Shown in pieces: positions 50,989-64,000 of a DNA stretch of 64,000 nucleotides. The DNA is from Octopus sinensis (lineage: Eukaryota), in the NCBI RefSeq assembly GCF_006345805.1, contig NC_043007.1, positions 43,462,001-43,526,000 on the forward strand. Reading direction: 5' to 3'. Position 1 is the first letter of the stretch. Every line of letters begins with the position of its first letter. The translations under genes and the position numbers were made by a program. The notes under the pieces are model-generated. The model was not told where the DNA came from. It worked only from the letters and a program-made list of their open reading frames with translations, and did not search any database.

Positions 50989-51857
50989 GTAGGAAAAGGT
51001 AAGATCTAGAGAAGGGAAGACGGGGGAAAAAAAATCGCCAACGGTACACACGCGGTCACATTTTATATATATATATATATATAATTTGTGAAGCATGACT
51101 GTCACCACTACTACATGAACCTGAAGATTGCAGAATTTAATGCATGAAAGTACTAGTTCAATCAGAATGAACATTTAACATTCTACTATTTTATTTTATT
51201 CTATTATAATATATCATTATAAGATTGTAAATAAAACGTGAAAATCAGACAAGGTTGGAATTCCTTTTATTAATATATATATATATATGCAAAATAATTG
51301 AGATTCAGATGAATTAGGTACTTAAGTTGAGACACCAAAAATTAGTGCGGTATTTATCCGTACAATTTCAAAACTTTATGATAGTCAGTTACTTTATACT
51401 ACTTCAAAATAATCTTGACAAGTTTAATAACTGTACCCATTATGATTCTGTCATCTCCGTCATGCCCTTTCCTAACAGACACTCGACCCCAAAAGTCAGT
51501 GACAAGCTAGAACCCTAACAAGTTTCTCTTTTTTCCTGATGTCTTAGTAGCTTCTAAGCTGAAGTGAAAACAGCATGGACTTTGCCTTCTTACCCTCTTA
51601 GAAGATTTAAGTAAAATTATACAAATGTGTCCAACTGTTTAAATTAATTCTATTTGTTTATTTATGCAGCTGGGGATAGTTCTGCATTTAAACTGATGTA
51701 ATGATTGCATTGTTCAATTAAATGGAGTCGCTTGAAACGGTCGTACTGCATCACCTCTGGATATCCTGTTGCTTATATTGATTATATATATATATTACAC
51801 ACATATATACACATATACACACATAGATACATATATAATATATACACATACATACTT

Positions 51858-51896
<39 letters not shown>

Positions 51897-52123
51897 TATG
51901 TAGGCACCTAGCTTGACCCTGCTTGAGATTTGAAACCAAATCCACCCGCTTGTTGCTTGTTAAAACGAGCGGAAAATCCTCTCCACACCAGATGATTGAT
52001 GAGGAAACACTCGATCCCCTAGGACCTGCGCTGGTCAAGGAAAGATCAGTCCTTTGTTTAAGGTTTGACCTACATTACTGACCATAGTCTATATAACAGA
52101 GAGAATTTCCTATCTTTTTCTTA

Positions 52124-52228
52124 TGTCTCAGCTATGACCAAGGAGCAACACCCGCTCTTTTGTGTCAGTGAGACCAAGGAGCAGCACACCCTTTTGCGTC
52201 AGCCATGACCAAGAGCAGCACTTCCACT
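52124..52228. repeat. Three diverged ~35-bp tandem repeats
   Basis: tg..tcag...gaccaag(g)agca.cac...cttt x3. Confidence 0.7.
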
Positions 52229-52607
52229 TTCGGCCGCAAGAAAGACGATGCTGTCGTTATCCTTTCTTCCTTTCTAGTCAGCACCGTGCATTCCATGCTC
52301 TTTCACTCTCTACTGACAGACAACCTTTTCCTACACTATCAACTACTAAACAGCGAGTCATCCATGCTGTTACTATCACTAGAATTGCTATTGTCTCTTT
52401 AACTACCTGTCGGGCAAACGAATAAACATATGTAAATAATATTTCTTCCTTCTTGGTGTTGATTCTTCGATGTTTATTGGTACTCCGACGCGATAACCTT
52501 GAAGCGTTACATTTATATGCTACATTCAGTAGTGAGCTCTATCATATCAACCTGATATGGCACATCACCTCCAGCCCGCTACATACATACATACATACAT
52601 ACATACA

Positions 52608-52638
<31 letters not shown>

Positions 52639-52653
52639 TATATATGCACATAA

Positions 52654-52708
<55 letters not shown>

Positions 52709-52828
52709 CCTGCTCGCTTAGCTAGCGGGGTAGCGTCATTCGAAGGCTAAAACAATGCGAACGCATTGTGACCAGCGATGTCTAACAACATCTGATGGTC
52801 TGGTCGGTCACGTGATCACGTGAGATAT

Positions 52829-52880
<52 letters not shown>

Positions 52881-53058
52881 GGTGCACACACAAAGATATA
52901 CATGTATACATACACACAGAAATAAATACTCTCACACACACATATGCATGCATGTATACATAGAATTTGACAAGCAGACAGACAGGCATACCATTGGAAG
53001 CAAAATGATTTAAGAATTCTATAAACGTTACCATTCTTCGATTTTGCTTACGCGCGCG

Positions 53059-53128
<70 letters not shown>

Positions 53129-53709
53129 TGTGTGTGTGTGCGCTTGTGTATAAATGTGCATATATATTTGCGCATGAGTTATATGTGCAAGTATCAAATT
53201 TGGAAGGTGTATTACCTCGTGTGTCCTGCAGTTGTCGGATAGGTACTTCTCTTTAATAATAATTAATTTTGGGTTTCATTCTCAGAGATTTCTCTGAGTT
53301 GCTGACGCGAGAGGAAATGGAATAATAACAAAATAAAAGTGAAATAAAATAAAATAAAAATATAAAGACAAAAATTACGCTCCCCAGCCATATAAATAAA
53401 AAAAAAAAATGAAAATAAAAGCACAATCGTTTTATGGCTGAAACTGTTTCAATGGTTAGGCGTGACTGCCGGGTAATCAAGCTTCGTTCATTCTAATGTA
53501 GGCGAGAAAGATTAATCGGTTTACGTGACATGGCAATATCCCTCGCCGCCACCCCTACCACCGCAAACTCTGCAGACCGTATCAGAAATACGATATATCT
53601 ATTACTATGTCTATAATAGATCGTATGTTCATTATGTTTGTTTCTACAAGGAATCACGCGCCAAAATTCTAATACTATTCTTTACAACAGGTTTTAATCC
53701 TAATCACTA

Positions 53710-53830
53710 AGCGTGGCCTAATGGTTAGTGTGATGGCCTCATGATCATAAAGTCATGGGATCGAGTCTTGGACCAGACGGAGCGTCATTTTCTTGAGCAA
53801 AGTGGTTCATTCTACTCAGCTGAAAGTGAA
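53710..53830 (+). mobile_element. tRNA-derived SINE head
   Basis: gcgtggcctaatggttag (A box), ggatcgagtc (B box), tcttgagcaaagt. Confidence 0.6.
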
Positions 53831-55944
53831 TTCAACCTAGTTGTAGTGTAGCTTTCTTTTTATCCATCCTCCATGTCCCACTAGAACAGAGGATTGAAGG
53901 GACGAAAGGGTGTCTGTGTTTGCTTGAGACTACAAAAACACATAAAAGAATTAATCAAAATATGGTAGACAATACCAGATCATTCACGTTTGCGAGTGAT
54001 GGCTATGGTGCTTAGTGTTATTCAAAAAAGGAAGTTTATTGTATCTGTATACTGAAAGATGTGATCCATTTCCCCTTCACTTTGTCTATGCATGCCGAGT
54101 ATTATTTTTTAATCACTCACGTACTCGTGAGAATGGATTCTAGAGATAAGAATGATAATGCTTTGCAGCTGAAACAGTGCAAACTTTCTTCTCAAAAACT
54201 ATGCATTCATTTGGACCATTTCTATCCCTTTTCTCATTTTAAGAATTCCTACTTAATAAGGATGTAAATGTATATGTACATTCATGCAAACACACACACA
54301 TACTCAACATGCACGCACACACACACCCACACAAACACACACATGAGTTTTTCCTAAACAACACTGCACACAAACTTTGTTAGTATCTCATTTATTGTTA
54401 ATAAAGTTGTTATAATGACAGCCTTTGTCCATTTGCTCTGACCTACATTGTGTATCAGATTTTTAGGAATAATTACTCCTATCCGGCCTGCGAGTTCCAG
54501 GGGATAGCGAGATTAATCTACTATTTCCTATTTCTTCCTACTTTAGATGAAAGATAGTTTATTGAGTTAAAAGAAACGAATTTGGTCCACAAAGTGCAGG
54601 CATTATCTTGTGGTCGAGAAGTTTACGTGGCCGCTTCGTGGTTCTGAGTTTGATAACATTGAGTGGCACACTGCGCAAGTGTCTTCTACTGGAGTCTCAA
54701 GTTGGAGACATACTGCTAATTATATCAATATATGAACCATTAAGAGCCAAGTGTGGTTTTGTTGTAGATGTAGCAAAAAAAAACAAATGTATTTGTTTAA
54801 CTGCAATGTTGTGGGAGAGATTTCTTTCTTTCCATAGAAGGTTGATGCACAAACTACACTACACGAATGAGGAGTTACGAAATACGCTGCTCAAAAAGAA
54901 AAGTTTTGAATAGTACTCCACTGATTCTCTGGATTATTGGATTTACTATCATGTTCGTCCAACAGAACGATGAGCATCATCTAGTCAACCTAGGATTACT
55001 GATGACTGATGACTTGCGCGGTGACTTTGTTTATAGATAAGAGGAGTTGCGCACCGAGAATTTCTCTCTCTTCAAGTCTAGTGGTAAGATCAGATCAAGC
55101 CAATTGGGGATGGAGACAGATGCAGTGGATGACCAAGATATCTTACTTGGCTCACTTTGCTCTCTCCACTCCGCAAAACGTTGCTGCCGTCGCGTTCCTC
55201 TCCATTGCACCTTGAAGGTTTCCTCTGCAGAGTCCGCCGGATCCAGTCTTCACATGTAAGTCCTGCTATCACCATAATTAACAACACTATCATTACACTA
55301 TTTCTAATTAGTAAAAATAATTAATTTTTGAGTAGGAAATGAATATCTTTGAAGCCTGATAATAGATCCTATTTATCCACTTTCGTGCTTTTTAATTCTA
55401 AATTAATTGTATCTAAATTACTTAATTCTAAATTAATAAGAACGTCTTATTTCCACCAAATACTACCGGTTATGCTCATCTATAAGACTTGTGTTACGTC
55501 ATAGTAATTCGGTTAAAACATGCATAATGTACAAAACCAACAAATTTTTAATTAATTATAATTCTTCACGTGGTGATAAAGGTTCGCTCTATCATTTGCG
55601 CCATTAGCTTAATTATTCCGTTAAAAAACAAAACAAAACAAAGGAGATAGCTTTAGAATTAGGTTGGCCTGGAGCCGGGTGTTGTAGAAGTGCTGTGCAG
55701 GAATAACGGTAAACCCTGTGGTTGCGAAGCGAACATACAGAGAAATATTTGTATATTTATATGTATCAATAATAATAGTGATTGTTTCTGATCAGGAACA
55801 AAATGTTTAATAAGACTGTTATAGAAGTGCTCAAGTAAATGAGACAAGTATAATAAACTTTGGTTGTAGAGCAAACTGGATGACCTTAAATTTGTTGATG
55901 ACCTTAAATTTGTTGTTTGTTCTACAACCAAAGTTTATTATATT

Positions 55945-55976
<32 letters not shown>

Positions 55977-56335
55977 TGTATGTATGTATGTATGTATGTA
56001 TGTATGTATGCATGCATGCATGCACGCATGTGTATATCCAAATACACACACATTGCAAATATAATAAGTAAAAAAGAAAAACAACAGAAGCAGGACAATT
56101 TTTAGCAAATATTGTATGAATTTAATGTTTAATGAAGATAGGGAAAGAGTCTTAGCGTTTCAGGCGTTAGATCTTCACCAGAAAAAACGTGGGAGTGAGA
56201 GAAAAAGAACTGGTTGAGAAGAAAAGACAGAAAGAAAGAGGAAAAATGTGCAAGGGATTAGCAACCGAGTGAGTATGCGATTCTGTAGAGGTGGTTAAGA
56301 AGGGAGAACGGGGAGAGTGTGGGAGCACACACACA

Positions 56336-56336
<1 letters not shown>

Positions 56337-56427
<91 letters not shown>
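56337..56427. repeat. (TCTA)n microsatellite
   Basis: Direct reading. Confidence 0.95.
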
Positions 56428-56428
<1 letters not shown>

Positions 56429-56770
56429 GTGTGTGTGGTGTAGGCACAGTATAGTCGAATGGTTAAGAAGTTCAGTTTAGACTACAACATCCTGGGTTCG
56501 ATCCCAGTGGGGGATGTCTAAGGAAAATGTAAATTTCTTTAGCTTTGTGAGTGTAACTGGGTAGAAAGAAACTGTATAGAAGACCCTCGGATGGTTTGTA
56601 CCTGTAATTCAGAAGATAGAGGTATGTCACAACACACTGAGGGGTACACATGCCTGTGGAATATTCATCCTCTTACACGTTAATTCAGGGGCAGGTAATT
56701 TAATTGGTTGAACAACTGAACTCTAATCGCCAAACGAGGAGCTCCAATGAGCTCCATAACGTGTAAACCC

Positions 56771-57080
56771 ACGACCACCACGACAACCACGATCACCACG
56801 ATCATCACCACGACCACCACGACCACCACGACCACCATCACCACGGCTACCACGACCACCACGACGACCATGACGACCATGACGACCATGACGACCACGA
56901 CCACGACGACGACGATGACCACCACGACCACGACCACGACCACGACGACCACGACGACCACGACCACCACGGCCGCCACGATGACGACGACGACGACGAC
57001 GACGACCACCACCACCACCACAACCACAACCACCACCACAACCACGACGATGACGACAACGACGACGACGACGACCACCA

Positions 57081-57082
<2 letters not shown>
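56771..57082. repeat. Compound (ACG/ACC/ATG)n trinucleotide repeat
   Basis: Direct reading. It gives poly-Thr/poly-Val pseudo-ORFs. Confidence 0.95.
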
Positions 57083-57121
<39 letters not shown>

Positions 57122-57122
<1 letters not shown>

Positions 57123-57720
57123 CGTCATCCCATAAATAATGCGTTTCTTTGATACTTTTTCAAAATTAAGATAAACAAAGTTCTTCAATTCTCCTTCAAT
57201 TTCTACAATGCTCGTTCACCTATCTGGTAGACTTGCAAAGGTCCCTCTTCCAAAATTCACTTGTCCGTGACATAATCCTCCAGTACTGTTCTCACCTCGC
57301 CTACAGAATTAATTTTTTTCCGTCCAAATAATTTTGAAGACTGTAGAATAAATGATAATCAGATGGGGCAATGTCCAGCAAATATGGTAGATGGGGCATC
57401 GTTTCCCATTCAAACTGCTTCAGTCTTTGAGATGTCGTCCTCATTGTATGTGGCCGAGCATTTTCGTGATGGAAGGACACTTTTCGTCTCGAAACCAAAG
57501 GTGATCATTTTTCTTCTGATGCAGACTTAAACCGCTCAAGCTATTCGCAGTATATCTTCTTTGCTATCGTTTGGTTTGGGTTTAAAAGTTGAAAGTCGAC
57601 TAAACCTTTCATATCCCGCCCAACAGATAAAAACACCTTACGTGGGTGATGACCTTCTTTAGCCAGTGTTTCTCGTTTCCCTATCCACTGGCTTCGGCGC
57701 TTGACATTTTGATATAACCA
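57122..57720 (-). mobile_element. Mariner 3' half (DD34D catalytic region), pseudogene
   Basis: WLYQNVKRRSQW..., HHENARPHT, WETMPHLPYLLDIAPSDYHLF. TA-flanked mariner-type end at 57122. Confidence 0.85.
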
Positions 57721-58451
57721 TAATCTCAGCCTTGTAAACCGACACTGTCGAGAAGCTGTTCATGAACTGGCCAATGACTATGCTCATCGACGTGTGAACC
57801 TTTGTAAACAACTGTTGGCAAATCCTCAAGATGCTCGTTTTTGGCGTCGAATCGTAAACAGGGATGAAAAATGGATCTATTTCCGTAATTCTAATAGCGG
57901 AAATCAGTAGCTTCTTTCCGACCAGGCTTCATAACTTGTCAAACTATGGTGGTTGGAACAGAAGGTCATATTGTGCATTTGATGGATTTTCAAGGGAATG
58001 CTGTTCTTTGAGCTTGTCCCTGATGTTCAACAACTGCAGCGAGTACATGATACTTCGAAAACCCGCTACCAGGCATTGGTCAATCGAAGACAAGCACTCC
58101 TACGCATGACAATACCCCAGCAAGTACAAGCTTGAGGAACTTGAGAGGCTGGAAGTGTTGCCTCACTCTGCCTACTGTTCAGATCTTGCACCATCAAATT
58201 TCCGAGCTATGACTTATTTCCCGCACAGACGGAGATTCGACAATGTAGATGAGGCGGGAAACGGATGTAGCAAGTTTTTTTCCCTCTAAACCAGCCAAAT
58301 GACATCAGAATGGAATTAAGCTTCAGCAGAACGATGGCAAGAGACAATAGAATATGGTGAGATATATTTTGATGAATAAACGCTTTTTGTATGTAACCTT
58401 TTTGAACAATTAAAGCTTGAAACACGAACAAACTTTTGACTCAACATGGTA
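57721..58451 (+). mobile_element. Second mariner 3' fragment, pseudogene
   Basis: VHEL...FWRRIVNRDEKWIYF, LHDN, WEVLPHSAYCSDLAPSNF. Ends aacttttgactcaacatggta. Confidence 0.8.
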
Positions 58452-59004
58452 TGTATGTATGTATGTATGTATGTATGTATGTATGTATGTATGTATGTAT
58501 GTATGTATGTATGTATGTATGTATACTATCAACTTAATCGTGATGTACACCTTCAGGAACGTATTTCTGCTAAATAAAAAGACCTTACTGTGAAGAAAGT
58601 TCTGAGTAAAAACAAATTCGGCGGTGATGGAGCAAAATTGTAGCTATTAACACCGAGTCATTTGATTTTTAATGCAGAAGGCGTCCTTAGGTAATTTCGC
58701 CGCCTCCTAGTCATTCATTTATCTTACATATTTCGATTCTCCAGAAGCTAATTTAAGATTCCATAAAACTGATCTGTCGACGTTTAGTTCCATTCTTATG
58801 AATCAATAAATTGCATCGTTTCAATAAGAGGCGACTTCAGGCATTCTTTACATTGTTGTTTCACAGCATCTTATCTCTAACCTTTACTTCCGCCCCGCTC
58901 GGCGTTTATGCTTCCTCTTCTGTTTCTTACTTTATCAAACATTTCATGTTTTATCTCTTTCCTGATTCAGCAATTTCTAATCATTCTTGGTATCTTTTCA
59001 CCAC

Positions 59005-59203
59005 AATGATAATAATAATAATGATGATGATGTTGATGATAATAATAATGACAACGACGACGAAGATGATAATGGTGGTGATGATGATGGTGATGGTGAT
59101 GATGATGGTGATGGTGATGATGATGGTGATGATAACACAACAACAACAGCAACAACAATAATGGTGATGATGATGGTGATGGTGATGATGATGATAACGA
59201 TAC
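59005..59203. repeat. (GAT/GGT/AAT)n compound repeat
   Basis: Direct reading. Confidence 0.9.
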
Positions 59204-61429
59204 AATAATTATTTGAGAAACAAGGATTTCTGTTGTATCAGTGTTGATTAATTTCACTTGTTATCAGAGATGTTATCTGTCATGCAAAGAAATTTTGGGA
59301 GCGCGTTAGAATGCAGAATAAATAGCAGTTCCAGACGAAGTGTCTCGTGATGTTAGCTATATCTGACCCATAACATTCCTAGTTTCAATCTCTCCATAAT
59401 TGGGCTTGTCTTCTATCTTTGTCTTCAATAAAATAAGATCCAATCTCGTGTTAGAGTTGATCTAATCGATCACAAACCCCTTTCATAGTGTGCGTCAATG
59501 CACCTATGTTGGAAATCATAAAACAAGTCTGAAAATAAATCAATATCGTTTTATTTTTCATGTATGTGTTGGGTGATATGCGTTTGAGAATGAATTAGTT
59601 GACTCAGTACAATATCAAATAACGGTTACACATAGTCTAAATTCCGTTTTAACACCACAATCTGGTAATATGGTTCTTGCTTACCTTGAGAGGAGTTACG
59701 CTCTGTAAGAAGAGTTCGTGCGAAATCTCTGATCTGAAAACAATTATATCCAATCAGCCTTGATTGATCAGACTGATTAACGGGGATAGGCCTTCCTCTT
59801 CTGATTAAGTCGAACGAAATGCTTTGCTGTTTCAAATTTTGGTACTTTTGCGTTCTAAGTTCAACTCCAGCTGAGATCAACTATGCTTTTCATTCTTTCG
59901 GAGTCAATAACATAAAATACAAATATACAATAGTAGACTAGCGGAAACGTAAGAGCGTCGGATTTGATGCCTTGCAGTATGTATTCCAGCCCGTTGCGCT
60001 CTTGGTTCAAATCCAAGTGAATCCAACAATGTCCTTCGTCGTTCCAGTATTGATCAAATTAAGTACAAGTTCAGGATTGTGGATTGGTGAGGTCGCCAAA
60101 GCGACGGATTTGAGGCCTTGTAATATTTTTTCTAGCATTTTCATTCGGAGTTCAAATCCTGCTCTGCTCTATGTGGCTGGCAGACATAATATATCTCACA
60201 ATTGAACATCACCACACGGTTCTTGCAGTAGGATGGGGGAGGGGAGCTTAAGTGGAGGATTCCATTCTGTCGCAAGCATTAGAACTAAGGCAACGGTTGC
60301 AGATAGGTTTCTTCTTGTCTTCCTCCCACCGCAGACCCTTGATTAAAGACATTCTAGCCATGGCCATTTCGTCTCCCCTGCCAGACATAATGTATTCCGG
60401 AGTAGATTATTTTGTGCGTTTTCCTTCTTTATATTTAAGACAGTTAGATGGTAAATGAGGGAAATTTGACTGCTATTTCTAGTAAATCTAGCTACCTTAA
60501 AGAGGTCCCTTCATTGGCTCTTAATAAGGAAATTTAATAAAGATTGTGCAGTCGAAGCTAATATATAAACTATTAACTGGAGTCTCGTATCACTATTACA
60601 ATACAAGACTATTAACATCATTCCTATCAATTCATATTCATATTCAGAATATATGTTTCTATTCACTGACTTGGAAATGTATTAGAATTGATTCCTCCAT
60701 GATTTAATTGTGGCACGCAATTTTCAGAAGTTCACTATTTCTTCATAATTGAGACAAAGAGATTCTAATGAATCATTTCCAGGGTGAATAATTAAAAACG
60801 ATGAATGCATTCCTCATAATTATTTTCAACATAAATGATAATTGTTAAATTGTAACAAGAAATCTGTTCTTCGACTGAAAGTATGCCATCATACAAAAGT
60901 GATTTCGTTTCGTTTTCATTTTATGGGATATGATTAGCAGAGGAGAATACTAAAGACCCTTTATTAATATAAACCGACTTACAATTAAACTTAACTGGTC
61001 TTCTTAATGTATATCTCGTCTCCCACTTTTTCTATCACTTCCTTTCATCTCCGCAGCTTTCATTCATCATCCCACTGCTTCCACTAAACTTCGCTTTCAG
61101 CCTGAGTCTATATATGACTATTACGGCTCAGATGTTCGAGGATAGCTTGTCTATTACCTTACTGTTCATATTGTAAGCATGTATGTGCGCGCGTGCGTGT
61201 TTGAATAGATAAAAACAGCGAAAAGTGCTCAATTCAACATGAAAACTTCTTTCCATAAAGTTTGTCATTCTTTTTTTTTTCAAAGATTTTAAAAAATATA
61301 ATTAATAATTCCAATTTAAAAAAATACCTCTCCAAATATTTTAACTGTATTAAGAATTTTTTCATGTCAAAGAGCACTCCTTTTTCATTTCTCTCTTCCT
61401 GTCTCTTTTTCTCTTTCTATCTCTTTTCT

Positions 61430-61570
61430 CTTCACCACGCGAATCGCCACACTACACAGTTCCAACTCCAGTTTTCCCGACTGTTTCTTCCCAGCAACTT
61501 TTCTCTGGAATTCACAACAGGATTTTACCAATTAAAAATCTTAGGACTCCCCAACCGTGTATAAATACTT
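61430..61570 (+). mobile_element. LINE ORF2 extreme 3' remnant
   Basis: Broken HYTV...CFFP..TF.LWNS...F motif typical of CR1/Jockey-type ORF2 C-termini. Confidence 0.45.
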
Positions 61571-61969
61571 TTTCCTTGATTACCCCACCTTTTTCTTTAT
61601 ATATCTCCCCACTTTTGTTCTAAACCTCCACACGTGCTTATACATTTGCCTGCTTTTTAAAAATTAGCTTCTACCTTCCCGGACTATGCTCCTATTATGT
61701 AGCCTTCACAGGCTCTTCAACAGTGGTTTTTATATAATTTTTCATCAGTCTGTTACCATAAATTTTCTATATTTTTTCCTATTTTTCTCCGTTCTTACAC
61801 CTTCGCTTGTTTTCTTCTATCTATTTCTGTATTTCCGGGCTTTGTACCAATTATGTAACCTTCACAGACTTTTCACCACTATCACTCTCCCCCCCTCTCT
61901 CTCACACACATTAGGTGATCACACAACTGACTAGGCTATCAGGAGTTGTTACACATCCCTGGTCACAAT

Positions 61970-63590
61970 CAGGCTTGTCGAACCTGGTACTATTGTACCA
62001 AATTTGGTATTTTTGGTGTGCGGTAATACTTTTGGTGCTACCCTGCAATAATTTGGTACTTTTTTCAAATTTTTTCACTTTACATAAAAAAATAAGTTTA
62101 CAGCATATGTAAGTGAACAATGTAACAATAAATACATTACATTACTACTGGACTATTTTATATGAAAATATATTTTGCAACATGTTATAACGAGGTAGTT
62201 TATAGCTAATTAGTAGCTAGTTGGTGTAGAACGTATTCAGAATGTGTATCGTACATATCACCGGCTTGCGCCTCTAATGCAAGTCAGTAGCATCCTTTAT
62301 ACATATGTGACAAGTGCTTCCTTACTATCACGTTAAACTTTTATTAATTACGAGTCATTTATAACCTTCATGATCAGCACGAAAGATAAAAGCAGTGATG
62401 AAATTGACTTGGGTTTAACTCCGCCAAAGAAAAGAATTAAACAATATAATCATAAATTATCGAACAAACTTTTATTGGATTCTCGATTTTCATCATGGTT
62501 AGAACCAAGTAAAACAAATATCGAAAGAGCATACTGTAAATTTTGTCGTGAAATTCAAGGCAGTGTAATTCATCTGGAGAGGCACAGAAAAACGGATAAA
62601 CATATTAAAAATGTTAATTCAGAAAATAAAAGTGAGATACTGACCGACTTACTGCAGCCTGCAACTTTTGTTTATATTACAAACGTAGCAGCTGCAGAGC
62701 TTAAGCTTTGTTCCTTCATTGCAGAACATAATTTATCAATGAGACTTATCAATGTCCTGATTAAATGTGCAAGAACCAAAGCTACTCAAATATATAAAAA
62801 TATTTTAGGCCCTTATTACTTTGAAAACCTCATTAAACAGTTAAAAGAATGCAAGTTTTCATTAATTGATGAGGATACTACTGATGTAAGTACAAAAGTC
62901 AGCTTGTTCTGTTTGCCAGATTTTATGATTGTAGCGCTCAAAAAATTATTGTTAGTTATTTAATTCTTTTGAAATCCAAGGATTGCTCTGCTAATGGAAT
63001 TTTTTCCTCTATTGAAAGATTCTTCACCTTACATGATACTCCTTTTGAAAATTTGATAAGATTTGCCAGCGACAATGCTAGTGTAACGATGGGACAGAAG
63101 TGGAGTGTCCAGGCATTACTGAAGAACAAAGTTCCATCTCTCTTTATCCAGAGTTGTGTCTGTCACTCTATACATATCTGTGCATCAAAGGCATGTTCAG
63201 AATTACCTACATTTTAGAAGAACTTGCTAGAAGCATATATTCATTCCTCTCAAAAAGCCCAAAGTGATTGCTAGAATATGAAGAATTTCAGGCATTTACT
63301 CAAACAAATCCTCATAAATTATTACATGTAAGTTGTACAAGGTGACTATCTTTAGAACAAGTCAAAAGAATTCTAGAACAGTGGCCTGCTCTAGTGTTAT
63401 CCTTTACTATTGCTGCTATTGAAGATAACAACAGTGCAGCTTCAAATGTGTTGAACTCATTAACAAATCCAATCACAGAGATGTATTTTTAGCATATATT
63501 TTGTCAGATATTAAGTTGAACTTCGATTTCCAATCAGAAAGCTATAGAATACACAAACTGCACGAATCTATTACATATACTCTTTTCTAC
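61970..63590 (+). mobile_element. hAT transposon (BED-finger type) transposase pseudogene
   Basis: SWLEP...AYCKFC...HLERH...H, FSLIDEDTTDVST, FASDNASVTMG, CVCHSIHICASKAC, EQWPAL. Candidate 5' end caggcttg at 61970. Confidence 0.85.
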
Positions 63591-63591
63591 T

Positions 63592-63979
63592 CTAGGCACA
63601 AAGCCCGAAATTTTTGGGGAGGGGCCAGTCGATTAGATCGACCCCAGTACTCAACTGGTATTTAATTTATCGACCCCGAAAGGATGAAAGGCAAAGTCGA
63701 CCTCGGTAGAATTTGAACTCAGAACGTAAAGACAGACGAAATACCTATTTCTTTATTACCCACAAGGGGCTAAACACAGAGGGGACAAACACGGACAGAC
63801 ATAGGTATTAAGTCGATTATATCGACCCCAGTGCGTAACTGGTACTTAATTTATTGACCCCGAAAGGATGAAAGGCAAAGTCGACCTCGGCAGAATTTGA
63901 ACTCACAACGTAACGGCAGACGAAATACCGCTAACCATTTCGCCCGGTGTGCTAACATTTCTGTCAGCTCACCGCCTTA
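63592..63979 (-). mobile_element. tRNA-derived SINE with internal partial tandem duplication
   Basis: Reverse complement taaggcggtgagctg...gagttcaaattctgccgaggtcgactttgcctttcatcctttcggggtc. The segment gaccccgaaaggatgaaaggcaaagtcgacctcgg occurs twice. Confidence 0.8.
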
Positions 63980-64000
63980 TCTATTACATATACTGTTAAG

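Noticed and set aside
52124-52228. CRISPR-like array
   Set aside because: Eukaryotic intron-containing context, diverged units with no unique spacers, and no cas genes.

Overview
This is an AT-rich, microsatellite-dense animal genome window. The SINE, MITE and (TA)n landscape resembles octopus/cephalopod DNA (inference). Positions 3074-26266 (+) hold 23 coding exons of exportin-1 (XPO1/CRM1). They splice into an intact frame of about 972 aa from GIKKYIVGL to EEMQD-stop. The N-terminal ~100 codons were not found in the window. The introns carry SINEs, TTAA-flanked MITEs, a deleted mariner and an 80-bp fold-back. The region from 29 to 64 kb has no confidently identified gene. It contains decayed LINEs, hAT and mariner transposases, tRNA-derived SINEs and simple repeats. 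The main hidden signal is a cluster of hammerhead ribozyme (HHR) motifs in Penelope-like, (TA)n-embedded repeats. Three copies of a well-formed type I HHR lie at 44.4-45.4 kb as one inverted copy plus a 533-nt tandem pair, a retrozyme/circRNA-like layout, nested inside further inverted repeats. Minimal HHRs occur at 50954-50988 and 39205-39240. A related non-canonical family lies at 37.7, 38.6 and 43.8-44.1 kb.
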